Below, one piece after another: positions 35,396-45,019 of a stretch of 64,000 bases of DNA; position 1 is the first letter of the stretch; the number at the start of each line of letters is the position of its first letter. The notes beneath the pieces were generated by a model that had not been told where the DNA came from, did no database searches, and worked only from the letters and a program-made list of their open reading frames with translations. A program made the translations under genes and the position numbers. Source of the stretch: a candidate division FCPU426 bacterium (GTDB taxonomy: Bacteria > Oederibacteriota > PGYV01 > Palsa-1178); contig CAWIXE010000002.1 of assembly GCA_963840035.1 (NCBI GenBank), positions 992,099 through 1,056,098 of the forward strand, given 5' to 3'.

Positions 35396-37470
35396 CTACC
35401 TCACACACACCAGCTTCTCAAACCCCTGCGCCTTTTCCCCTGTCTCTATCTGCGCTGTGACCGAGTATATAAAAGTCCCTGAAGCTATGTGTCTTTTTGC
35501 CCTGTTTTTTCCGTCCCAGTGGAAGTTATTATGGCCGGCTTTCGCGTTTATGCCGCATTCTTCTATGACTATCTCGCCTGATACGGTAAACACCCTCACG
35601 CACACCTCAGCGTCCCTTGAAAGCCAGTAAACTATGTTTGTGTCCTCGGCAAAAGGGTCGTTATAATTGCCTTTTAGTATAAGCTGTAACCGCGGAGTTA
35701 CCGGGGTAACAGTTGCAGACGCCTGCGGTGTCGAAGTTACTGTGCGGGTCGGTGTTGCAGTAATTGTCTTTGTAAATGTCAATGTTGGTGTAATTGTCCT
35801 TGTTATTGTTTTTGTCGGGGTAAATGTCATGGTCTGAGTTTTTGTAATCGTATCTGAAACAGTCATTGTCGGCGTTATGCTGAAAGTTGTTGTCATGGTC
35901 TGCGACGGTGTCAGTGTTTGCGTGACAGAATTAGTCAGGGTGACTGTCCGGGTCGGCAGAAGCGTTTCTGTGTGTGTTACGGTATAACTCGGGGTCTCAG
36001 TCAAGGTATCCCCGGGCGTCTGCGTCTGTGTATAAGTCGGGGTCCTGGTAAAAGTCGGCGAATTCGGACTTGTTGCGGTCCTTGTCGCTGTTCTTGTTCC
36101 GGTCGGAGTGCGCGTTGGCGTTACTGTAGCGGTAGAAGTGGATACGAAATCCGTCATCCCTGACCCGCCCGGATAGCCATATCCATCCTGGTCGTCAAAA
36201 CCGTACACGTTGACGCCTATTGGAAGCGGTGAAATAATGTTGTGGCTCCCGACCCCGACGCTTACGCGCGTGGCCGAAAAACCGCTGGATGCAATAGAAA
36301 TAAAACTACCCGCAGGTATAACCGAACCGTCAACTGATAATAGCCCGGCTGCGGCGTCAGGGGCAGTGATATTTAAATAATTCGCAGAGAAACCGGATTG
36401 TGGCGTCCCAACAGTGTAATTATCCAGATACTGCTCGACAGGTTCTATAATCATCATGAACGGGTCGCCGGTTGTGGAATCAAACATGGTGCTGTTTGAA
36501 TACTGCATAACAAGCACCCGGTTGTTCGAAGTTATCATTCCCGCCCCGCTGATTAACGCCTCAAAAAACGCGCCTTTGACCATAGGCGACGGGTTTAAAA
36601 GAGCCCCGTCAAGGTACAGGTATGTGCCGTTTTGTGACGCCATAATTCTGTAGGTATCGGTCCCTGACCTTCCCGCAAGCGGAACGATAATAAATTGTTT
36701 CCCCCAGCTCGATGTCGGGGCAGCTGTTCCACAAGGTAATTGCAGTAGTTGGATGACACCGGGATATCCGCGCAGATATGGCCCCCGAAAACAGCAATAC
36801 GCCTGTCAGAATCCACGGTTGTTCCGGTTAAATCCTCACTGCCGGGATTGTCATCTCGCAGTAAATAGACCTGCCCTTTATTCAGAATTACGTCATACGG
36901 GACATTCTGGATCCTGCCGCCTATCGTGCAGTTAAGCCTGATTGTCACCGTGGTGTTATCTTCGACAGCCACTACGGCAAATTCACTTCCTACCGGGTTA
37001 TTTACGCCGCCGTTATTGAATGAAAGAATTATATGGTTGGTGCCAAGCGCTTCCACAGGAAGGCCCAAAAACGCGTCTGTAATGACAGGGCTGTGCGAAT
37101 AACCGTATACGGTTACCGGATCAGCCGAGGTTACATGTATACCCCTCACCGAAACAACGTCGCTGTCAAAAACGTCGCTGTTCCATGGCAGGTCCACATA
37201 GGTTATAGCGCCGGCAGTCACATTTACATTTTTGTTAAACGTCAGGACCGGCGATAAGGATATGGTCATGTTCACGGTTGCTGTCGTATTGGTCTGTGAA
37301 GTGATGAGTATTTGCTTTGCAGGCGATATTCCCGAACTGTAAGGCGAATAATATGACCCCGGGATGCAAATCCAGAAATCAGTCCCTTCGCTGGTGGGTG
37401 AAGAAAATGCATAAAACGGCATTATGAAAAGATATGCCATTACTGTCAAAACCTTAATTTTTAATTTCAT
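35396..37470 (-). pseudogene. frameshifted gene for secreted IgGFc-binding-like domain protein with Thr-rich linker and T9SS-type C-terminal domain
   Basis: ORFs 36595..37470 and 35396..36643 are one gene: the '...NYCNYLVEQLP' frame continues as 'PTSSWGKQFIIVPLAGRSGTDTYRIMASQNG...' in the next frame; shift at G4 run 36717..36720. Confidence 0.6.
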
Positions 37471-37558
37471 TCCCGCTCCAGTAAGGATGGACTTATTTCT
37501 CTATAAATATATCGGAAATATGGGAGAAACCTTGAATTGAATTAATGTTTTAAACACC

Positions 37559-37725
37559 GGTAGCCCGCAACCTTCGAGATGCTATTGCTAGCCTTGGCGG
37601 GCAAACATTAAATCAGCGCAATTCATCTAATCTTGCCGTGTTAATCACGGCTGGTTGCGAAAGGCAGGTTCTCGCCCGCCTGACACCGGCAGCCAGCCTT
37701 GCGCAACCTGAAGGTTGCGGCTACC
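37559..37725. other. GC-rich ~170-bp intergenic element with nested inverted repeats (candidate structured RNA or MITE)
   Basis: Closing stem 'ggtagcccgcaaccttc'/'gaaggttgcggctacc'; internal 'ggcgggc'/'gcccgcc' and three 'gcaacc'/'ggttgc' pairs. Confidence 0.3.
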
Positions 37726-37729
37726 AGAA

Positions 37730-38800
37730 CTATAAAATACCTTTCTTTAATTCTTCCATATAAACTTTCTTAGCCGTTTTTCCCGACTTATATATGGCCT
37801 CGACCATCCACTGCGTCTCAAGCCCGGCATCCTCGTCAACGTCCACAGGCGTGTTATTTATAATCGCTTCGTAAAAACGCCTTATCTCCACCGAATGGCA
37901 ATAGCCCCAGTATTCTTTCCATCCGCTTCCATAATCAATGAACTCGCTCTTTTTAGGTTTGGCTGAAAGATGGCTTCCAAAAAGTTTCTTCTCATTAAAA
38001 TAAACGTCTGCCTGGTCCTTCACTATTTTTACTTTGCCTTTTTCGCAGTGTATTTCCATGACCACGTCATCGTCGTATGAATAATGGCATATGGTATAGA
38101 AGTTGATGTACGAACCGTTCTTAAACATCACAACGCCGGCCGCGTCGTCTTCTACCTGTACTTTTACATGCATCCTGTTGGCGATGGACGCGTCTACCCA
38201 GTCTATTTCAGAGTTAAATACGTAACGTAGAATGTCCAATGAATGGATTGCCTGATCTATAATAACCCCGCCGCCCTCTTTATCCCATGTCCCCTTCCAG
38301 TCGCTTTTAAGATAATACTCGTCAGGCTTGCACCATGAAAGTATCAGCTTTGCCGAGAGTATCTTTCCCAGTTTTCCTGACTCAATTGTCTTTTTAGCCA
38401 GCTGCGTGGAGGGGTTATACCTGTTCTGGAACGAAATGGCAAACTTTACCTTCTTTTCTTTTATCTTTTTATAAAGCGCCACAGCGTCAGCTGCGCTTGT
38501 GGTCATGGGTTTTTCCTGGTAAATGTGGACGCCGCGTTCAGCGGCGTATTCAGTCATTTCTTTGTGCAGGTAGTGCGGGGTACACACATGTACCACGTCT
38601 GGTTTTACCTGGTCAATCATGCTTTTATAATTGGCGAATGTTTCACAGCCGTATTTATTCCCCGCGGCCAGAAGCCTGTCCTGTTTTATGTCACAAACAG
38701 CCTTTAATTCGGCAATATCCTTACATGCCTGACGCACAGATTCCGCGTGCATCGGAAAAATAGTTCCGCATCCTATGATCGCAACCTTTAACTTAGCCAT
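37730..38800 (-). CDS. Gfo/Idh/MocA family oxidoreductase
   Basis: Start set at MAKLKVAIIGCG (RBS GGAGGG); Rossmann motif and Gfo/Idh/MocA C-terminal domain. Confidence 0.8.
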   Translation of the reverse strand: MAKLKVAIIGCGTIFPMHAESVRQACKDIAELKAVCDIKQDRLLAAGNKYGCETFANYKSMIDQVKPDVVHVCTPHYLHKEMTEYAAERGVHIYQEKPMTTSAADAVALYKKIKEKKVKFAISFQNRYNPSTQLAKKTIESGKLGKILSAKLILSWCKPDEYYLKSDWKGTWDKEGGGVIIDQAIHSLDILRYVFNSEIDWVDASIANRMHVKVQVEDDAAGVVMFKNGSYINFYTICHYSYDDDVVMEIHCEKGKVKIVKDQADVYFNEKKLFGSHLSAKPKKSEFIDYGSGWKEYWGYCHSVEIRRFYEAIINNTPVDVDEDAGLETQWMVEAIYKSGKTAKKVYMEELKKGIL

Positions 38801-38812
38801 ACCTAACCCTCC

Positions 38813-38857
38813 ATTTGTCTTATTTGTCTTATTTGTCTTATTTGTCCTATTTGTCCT
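38813..38857. repeat. 9-bp tandem repeat x5 immediately upstream of oxidoreductase RBS
   Basis: 'atttgtctt' x3 then 'atttgtcct' x2. Confidence 0.85.
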
Positions 38858-38865
38858 ATTAGCCA

Positions 38866-39432
38866 TTACTCAAAAACGTGCGTCAGCTGCACTCCGGCAA
38901 AAATACCGCTCAAATCAATATACCCCGGATCAAAAGGCGCGTAGTTAAAGCCGGCTTTGTAATACCTGTATCCGACTTCCAACCCGGCATAAAACTGCCC
39001 CTTTACCTGATAAAGAAACGCTTCTTTAACCGCAAATTCAAAACCTCCGCCTTTTTCATCATTTACATCTATTCTATACCTTGCAATTCCATATCCGGCC
39101 GACACTGTTGACCAGAGCATATATTTTTTTTCATCAAATAACACCATATAGCCAAGGTCCACCGAAGGTATCGGCGAGATGATTCTCATGTTATGGCCTG
39201 ACAAATCCAAATCCTCAATGCCCAAATGATTATAAGCAAACCCCGCGCTGAAACCATTTTCCCAAACCCAGCCCAACCCTCCGTTTGGCACGGCAACCCT
39301 TCCGGATTTTATCCCGAAATCTTTATTTTCCCCGTACATCTCCTGATCATATCCGAGAGTAAGGTATAATCCGGCATTTATAATCGCCGACATAGCAGCA
39401 ACAAAAAAAAGTATCAGCACTGTTCTTTTCAT
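38866..39432 (-). CDS. small outer-membrane beta-barrel-type protein
   Basis: Signal peptide MKRTVLILFFVAAMSAIINA; Gly/Tyr-rich alternating strands; C-terminal 'LTHVFE'. Confidence 0.5.
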   Translation of the reverse strand: MKRTVLILFFVAAMSAIINAGLYLTLGYDQEMYGENKDFGIKSGRVAVPNGGLGWVWENGFSAGFAYNHLGIEDLDLSGHNMRIISPIPSVDLGYMVLFDEKKYMLWSTVSAGYGIARYRIDVNDEKGGGFEFAVKEAFLYQVKGQFYAGLEVGYRYYKAGFNYAPFDPGYIDLSGIFAGVQLTHVFE

Positions 39433-39440
39433 GTTCCCTC

Positions 39441-40196
39441 CTAAATTTGTATGCTTAAATATTCATTCCCGCCTTTTACAAACTCAAAATCAACCCTCTT
39501 TATCTCAAACTTTACCTTTGTAAATTTCATATCATTCATTATCCTGTCCACAAATTCGCACCTTTTCCACCTTAAGTTCACTATCGGGAATATCCTTATT
39601 TCCTCCCTCGTGACCCTGATGAGTTCCGATATGGCGTCGCAGTGGAAGTTATAGTCCAGGTGCTCATCATACAGGAAGAGAAAATGCGAAACAAGCGTCA
39701 GGTCAAACTCCTTATCAGTCAGAACCGTGTCAGGCAAAGACGTGTTTATGTACCTGTAATTGCCCTTTGCCTTATAATCAACAATGAACCTTTTATAAGC
39801 CTCTTCGCGGTATTTTTTAAGGGTTTCAATATCCTTATAAAAGCCCCAGTTATAGTTATCCTTTACAGCCGGCAGTTTCGATATCATCTCAGCCAGGTCT
39901 TGCCTGCATTTTGGCTCAAGTTCTTCAGGCGAATACTTATAGAGCCTGTCCGCTGATTTTGCGTCAAACCCCAGCTCATTTGCCTCCGCGGTAAAAGAAG
40001 AAACCCCTCCGCCCGCATCCAGTATCTGGGTATTCTTAAGCTCAGTAAACCGCAGGTCAAACATCCGGGAATACTCATCAAGCGTCCTGCCGATTGCGAT
40101 AATATCATTCAGTTCAAACTTTTCGATACTCAATTTGATACACCCCGTAAGTGTTTGCGGGTAGAGGGTTGAGTCCGAAGTAACTCCGAACCCCAC
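39441..40196 (-). CDS. SAM-dependent methyltransferase-like protein
   Basis: 'ILDAGGGVSSF' motif-I-like; true start may be internal because the annotated 5' end overlaps an intergenic hairpin. Confidence 0.45.
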   Translation of the reverse strand: MGFGVTSDSTLYPQTLTGCIKLSIEKFELNDIIAIGRTLDEYSRMFDLRFTELKNTQILDAGGGVSSFTAEANELGFDAKSADRLYKYSPEELEPKCRQDLAEMISKLPAVKDNYNWGFYKDIETLKKYREEAYKRFIVDYKAKGNYRYINTSLPDTVLTDKEFDLTLVSHFLFLYDEHLDYNFHCDAISELIRVTREEIRIFPIVNLRWKRCEFVDRIMNDMKFTKVKFEIKRVDFEFVKGGNEYLSIQI

Positions 40197-40212
40197 CCTC
40201 CACCCTCAAAAC

Positions 40213-40896
40213 CTAATTCAATCCTTCTTTATACCTGTCCTCAACTTTAACATTCATTATATCCGTGACTTTTGTCAATACCGCGTCAAATTCCGCCTCT
40301 TTTCCCTCTTCGCAGATAAGGTAAGCCCTGAGCGCCACAGAATCGCTTACCATGGCGTTTTTTACAGGCAGGTAATAGCCCGCCTCTACAGGCCCGGGAT
40401 TATAACCGGTGGTAAAAAACTCCACTACCAGGTTTGTTTCAAGTCCGCCTTCGAGCCTTAACCCAACTGTAAGGGCCAGGTTCATGGTTGTATAGTCCAT
40501 GTAATACTTATACACTTTATCTATGTTATAAACAATTTTTTCAAAGATATACTTGATCTCAGCCGGGGTATATTTGTGGAAAAACTCGTCATCTACCTCG
40601 ATAATCTCCTCATCAACTTCATCCATGGCCTGCGATACCGGGTCCGCAGGCGCGTGTTCGTGCTCAGGACCGTGCTCATGGCCGCATTCCTCGCATTCAT
40701 GAGTATCATTTTCCATGGATAAAAACTTCTTGATATCTGCCATCTCCGGGTCATTTACAGATTTTAAAGCGTCCCTTAAGTCCTCAAGCTCCAGGCATGT
40801 TATGCTGCCCTGCTCCACATGGCCGTTTAAGGTAAACTGATACAGAAAATCAGGTATCATTGAGGCAAGATCCAGGTTAAAATTAATTTTTTGCAT
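40213..40896 (-). CDS. hypothetical acidic protein with His/Cys/Glu-rich motif
   Basis: Start set at MQKINFNLD; 'HECEECGHEHGPEHEHAP' metal-binding-like stretch. Confidence 0.5.
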   Translation of the reverse strand: MQKINFNLDLASMIPDFLYQFTLNGHVEQGSITCLELEDLRDALKSVNDPEMADIKKFLSMENDTHECEECGHEHGPEHEHAPADPVSQAMDEVDEEIIEVDDEFFHKYTPAEIKYIFEKIVYNIDKVYKYYMDYTTMNLALTVGLRLEGGLETNLVVEFFTTGYNPGPVEAGYYLPVKNAMVSDSVALRAYLICEEGKEAEFDAVLTKVTDIMNVKVEDRYKEGLN

Positions 40897-42011
40897 TATG
40901 CTTATTCTCCGCTTCCATTTTGAGGTAGGCCTCGACATATACATCCAGGTCGCCGTCTAAAACTTTATCCACATCGCTGCGCTCCAAGTCGGTGCGCAGG
41001 TCTTTTATCATTTTATAAGGGTGCAAAACATAAGAGCGTATCTGGCTGCCCCACGCAATCTCGCGCTTATCACCGGCTATCGACGCAATGTTCTCCTTAT
41101 GCTGTTCTTCTTTTATGGCTACCAGTTTGGATTTTAGGACTTTCATGGCTATTGCCCTGTTTTTCATCTGGGAACGGTCTACCTGACAGGCTACAATCAC
41201 TCCGGTGGGTATATGGGTTATCCTGATGGCTGATTCGGTCTTGTTCACGTGCTGTCCGCCTGCGCCTGATGACCTGTATGTATCGACTTTCAGGTCTTCC
41301 GGCCTGATATCCACTTCCACGTCTTCTTCTATCTCGGGAATGACCTCCAGCGAGGCAAATGAGGTATGCCTGCGCTTGTTGGAATCAAATGGCGATATCC
41401 TGACAAGCCTGTGAACGCCCTTTTCCGGCCGGAAACAACCATAGGCGTAGTCGCCTATGACTTCAAAGGTCACATTTTTAATGCCAGCCTCGTCGCCGGG
41501 CATGGAATCAGTGACATTTACCTCAAAACCTTTCTTTTCACACCACATTACATACATCCGCAGCAGCATCTGCGCCCAGTCACAGGACTCTGTCCCGCCC
41601 GCGCCGGCATGCAGGGTTACTATGGCGTTGCTTCTGTCATATTTTCCGGAAAACATCTGGTTGAATTCTTCGTTATCCACAGCCTTCTTTAATTCCGCAA
41701 ATTTCTTCTGAAGTTCAGCCTCAAGCGACGCGTCTTTCTCGCTTTCAAGGAGTTCAAGCGTCACTTCAACCTCTTCAATTAAAGTGTTTATTTTATTTGT
41801 TTTTGTTATATCGTTATTGATGGCTTTTAACTTTAACTGTACTTCAGCCGCAGCCTTATTGTTGCTCCAGAAATCAGGCTCGGCAGTCATTGTCTCCAGC
41901 TTTATTTTTTCAACTTTCTTGTCTTTAACGTCAAAGATACACCTCTATCTTCGATGCTCTCTGCTTAATATCAGACAATGCTGACCTTATTTCCTTTATT
42001 TCCAGCGCCAT
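40883..42011 (-). CDS. prfB: peptide chain release factor 2, with programmed +1 ribosomal frameshift
   Basis: Frame 0 'MALEIKEIRSALSDIKQRASKIEVYL' ends at CTT TGA C (41936..41930) preceded by SD-like GAGGTG; +1 frame continues DVKDKK...; 'SPF' and 'GGQ' motifs present. Confidence 0.9.
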
Positions 42012-42070
42012 CACTACCTCCGGGTTAAATAGTTCATTTTGTTCAAGACAAATGATAATATAGCACAGCC

Positions 42071-42099
42071 ATTTTTGCAAGAAAAATCTGTAAAAAGGC
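42071..42099 (-). promoter_or_regulatory. candidate sigma70-like promoter for prfB (TTGCAA-N17-TATCAT)
   Basis: Read on minus strand in the divergent prfB/pheT intergenic region. Confidence 0.3.
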
Positions 42100-42277
42100 C
42101 TATTTTCACCTTTTTACCATATCCTTTATATAGATATCTATTATGTTTATTCTTTATTTTAAATCTTTATAAACCGCTTTTGCTCCTTATTTATATGGCA
42201 TTTTATTCATTTTAGGCCATTTTCAGTCATAACGTTTCTAAGGTATTCCTCGTTTTATTATACCATTACATTTAAAA

Positions 42278-42306
42278 TTGACATTTATTCTCTATTATGT
42301 AATAAT
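42278..42306 (+). promoter_or_regulatory. candidate sigma70-like promoter for pheT (TTGACA-N17-AATAAT)
   Basis: -35 TTGACA at 42278..42283; RBS AGGAG just before ATG at 42334. Confidence 0.4.
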
Positions 42307-42333
42307 CAGAAAAACCTTAATTTACAGGAGAAT

Positions 42334-44745
42334 ATGATGCTTGTCAGTTACAATTGGCTCAAAAATTACATTAATTTAACCATCTCCCCTGCGGAACTGG
42401 CTGATAAACTTAATATAGCCGGGCTTCCTGTAGAAGAGATCACAGAGAAGAAGGCACCCTTTACCAATGTAGTCATAGGTAAAGTACTTGCGGTTGAAAA
42501 ACACCCTCAGGCAGACAATCTTAACCTCTGTGACGTATCAGACGGTACAGAAACCTTAAAGATAGTATGCGGCGCGGCAAATGTCGCCGCCGGACAAACC
42601 ATAGCCCTTGCCAGGATTGGGGCTGTCCTTCCCGGAGATTTCAAGATTAAGAAAGCAAAGATCAGGGGCGTGGAATCCAACGGCATGATTTGTTCCGAGT
42701 CTGAGCTTGGCCTAGCAAAAGAATCATCAGGCATCATGGTCCTGGATGAGAAAAAGTATACTCCCGGACAGCCCTTTGAGCCGGTAAAACCCGACACAAT
42801 TTTCAGCCTTGAGATAACCCCGAACAGGCCTGACCTGCTGTGCGTAACCGGCGTCGCCCGTTTTATTTCGTCGCGCCTTGGCATTGATTTTAAGTACCCG
42901 TCATGCGAAGTATCCCCCGGCAACATTGACCAGTCACTCGACGCCGGCGCTGTGGTTAAAATCGAGAACCTTGACGCGGTACGCTGCCCGAGGTACGCGG
43001 CAAGGGTCATAAAGGGCGTTAAGATATCCGATTCACCTGAGTGGCTAAAGGAAGCCTTAACCGCCGTGGGTGTGCGGCCTATTAATAACGTAGTCGACAT
43101 CACGAATTATATACTCATGGAGATAAACCATCCCCTTCACGCTTTTGACTTGAGCAAGCTCAAGGGAAAAACCATAAAGATAAGGACCGCTGTACACGGC
43201 GAAAAAATTCTCGCCCTTGACACTAAGGAATACCATCCTCACGCTGAGGACCTTGTTATAGCCGATGACAAAGACCCTGTGGCCTTAGCAGGTATCATGG
43301 GCGGCGAACATTACTCCGTAGATTCTTCCACTTCCACGGTCGTCCTCGAGTCAGCCTGTTTCCAGCCTAAGACAGTAAGGAAGACATCACGCCGCCTGGG
43401 GGTATCTTCTGATTCCTCCTACAGGTTTGAGCGCGGTATTAACATAGACAACGTCACGAATGCCTTAAACAGGGCCGTGGAGCTCATCATACAGGTCGCA
43501 GGCGGAAAAGCCTCAAAGAACATCACGGACATTTACCCCTCGCCTGCCGTGCCGAAAGTCATTTCCCTGCGCTTTGCAAGGGTCAATCAAATACTCGACA
43601 TGGCGCTTTCAGCGCAGGAAATTAAGGCCCTCATAGAAATGCTTTACTTCCCCATAAACAACGTGTCCGCGGATTCAATGGAAGTAACAATCCCGGGTTA
43701 CAGGGTCGATATTTCCGAGGAGATAGACCTTATCGAGGACATCGCCCAGATAATGGGTTATGACAAAATACCGGTAAACCTGCCCGCTTCCCTGATGGGC
43801 GTCAGCCGCGAGTCAGGCATCGCGCTGTTCAAAAAATCGCTATCCAACTCAATGATGTCATGCGGTTTTTCCGAAGTAATAAACTACAGTTTCGTCAACA
43901 ACAAGCTCTTAAAGCAGCTTAAAGCGGAAACCCCTCTTCCCGAAGGAGCGATAGCCCTTAAGAACCCTTTTAATGACGAAGAAACGCATATGAAAACCAC
44001 GCTTCTGCCGGACCTTATTAAAAACCTAATCACCAATTACAATAACGAAAATGAGAACATACACATATTTGAGGTCTCTAACTCATTTTTAAAGCACGGC
44101 AGCAGCTACCTCCAGCTGCCGAAGATCGGCGCTGTAACCTATGGCAGCGTCATTAACCAGGCTTTTAACCGCAAGGAATTTACGACTGATTTTTATTACC
44201 TGAAATCGGTCATCGGCTCCCTGTGTCATACTGCGTCGCCCGAAATAGAACCTGTTTATAAAACGGCCCCAGCCGGCAATGATTTTTATGAATATTTCGC
44301 GGAGATATCAATAAACGGCAGGATAATCGGCACGGCCGGCCAGATAAAACAGGACATACTTTATGACAACAAATTCAAATCAAAGGCATTTGCCTTTGAG
44401 ATAGATATTGAAGCCCTTTATTCTTTCATTTCAAAGAACACGTCTTACAGCCATATCGCGCGCTTCCCTTCGGTTAAAAGGGATATTTCAGTGGTTGTAA
44501 AAGACTCGGTGGCCCAGGCCAGCGTTGAGTCGCTTATTACGGCGGATTATAAGGCGCTCATAAAGTCGCTCACCCTTTTTGACTTGTATAAAGGAAGCCA
44601 GGTGCCGGAAGGCTCAAAATCTTTAAGCTACAACATTATCTTCCAGTCTGAAAAAAAGACTCTCTCTGAACAGGATATAAATAAAGCCATGGAACGCATT
44701 ATTGGAAGGTTAAAATCCGAACTTCAGGCTGAATTGAGGTCATAA
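42334..44745 (+). CDS. pheT: phenylalanine--tRNA ligase beta subunit
   Basis: 803 aa; N-terminal tRNA-binding domain 'GKVLAVEKHPQADNLNLCDVSDGTETLKIVCGAANV', B3/4 and B5 regions. Confidence 0.95.
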   Translation: MMLVSYNWLKNYINLTISPAELADKLNIAGLPVEEITEKKAPFTNVVIGKVLAVEKHPQADNLNLCDVSDGTETLKIVCGAANVAAGQTIALARIGAVLPGDFKIKKAKIRGVESNGMICSESELGLAKESSGIMVLDEKKYTPGQPFEPVKPDTIFSLEITPNRPDLLCVTGVARFISSRLGIDFKYPSCEVSPGNIDQSLDAGAVVKIENLDAVRCPRYAARVIKGVKISDSPEWLKEALTAVGVRPINNVVDITNYILMEINHPLHAFDLSKLKGKTIKIRTAVHGEKILALDTKEYHPHAEDLVIADDKDPVALAGIMGGEHYSVDSSTSTVVLESACFQPKTVRKTSRRLGVSSDSSYRFERGINIDNVTNALNRAVELIIQVAGGKASKNITDIYPSPAVPKVISLRFARVNQILDMALSAQEIKALIEMLYFPINNVSADSMEVTIPGYRVDISEEIDLIEDIAQIMGYDKIPVNLPASLMGVSRESGIALFKKSLSNSMMSCGFSEVINYSFVNNKLLKQLKAETPLPEGAIALKNPFNDEETHMKTTLLPDLIKNLITNYNNENENIHIFEVSNSFLKHGSSYLQLPKIGAVTYGSVINQAFNRKEFTTDFYYLKSVIGSLCHTASPEIEPVYKTAPAGNDFYEYFAEISINGRIIGTAGQIKQDILYDNKFKSKAFAFEIDIEALYSFISKNTSYSHIARFPSVKRDISVVVKDSVAQASVESLITADYKALIKSLTLFDLYKGSQVPEGSKSLSYNIIFQSEKKTLSEQDINKAMERIIGRLKSELQAELRS

Positions 44746-45018
44746 ATGCCGCTTATCGCCCTTGACATACTCGACAACAAGATAAAAGAGCTGCTTATCA
44801 TCATCAGCCACCTTAAGGATGAGAACACCGCCTTAAAGGCCAAAATAAACGAAAACAGGCCTGCATCCTCCTCTTCTGTCAATGTATCTCCGGAGCTTAT
44901 GTATGAACTTGAGAACATGAAAAAGACGGTCATAAAATATAAAAATGACAGGAACCAGCTTTATTCAAAACTTGCCGGCATCTTAAGGCAGGTTGATGAA
45001 ATAATAAACAGGGAGTAA
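44746..45018 (+). CDS. small coiled-coil protein (ZapB-like)
   Basis: 90 aa, heptad-rich; immediately upstream of zapA. Confidence 0.45.
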   Translation: MPLIALDILDNKIKELLIIISHLKDENTALKAKINENRPASSSSVNVSPELMYELENMKKTVIKYKNDRNQLYSKLAGILRQVDEIINRE

Positions 45019-45019
45019 C

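Noticed and set aside
37730-38866. N-terminal extension 'MANRTNRTNKTNKTNKTNGG' of the oxidoreductase ORF
   Set aside because: It is the translation of the 9-bp tandem repeat; a strong RBS precedes the internal ATG at 38800 (MAKLKVAIIGCG), which matches the family N-terminus.
42012-42333. T-box or other leader upstream of pheT
   Set aside because: Only about 30 nt separate the candidate promoter from the pheT start codon, too short for a T-box; the rest is AT-rich divergent promoter DNA.
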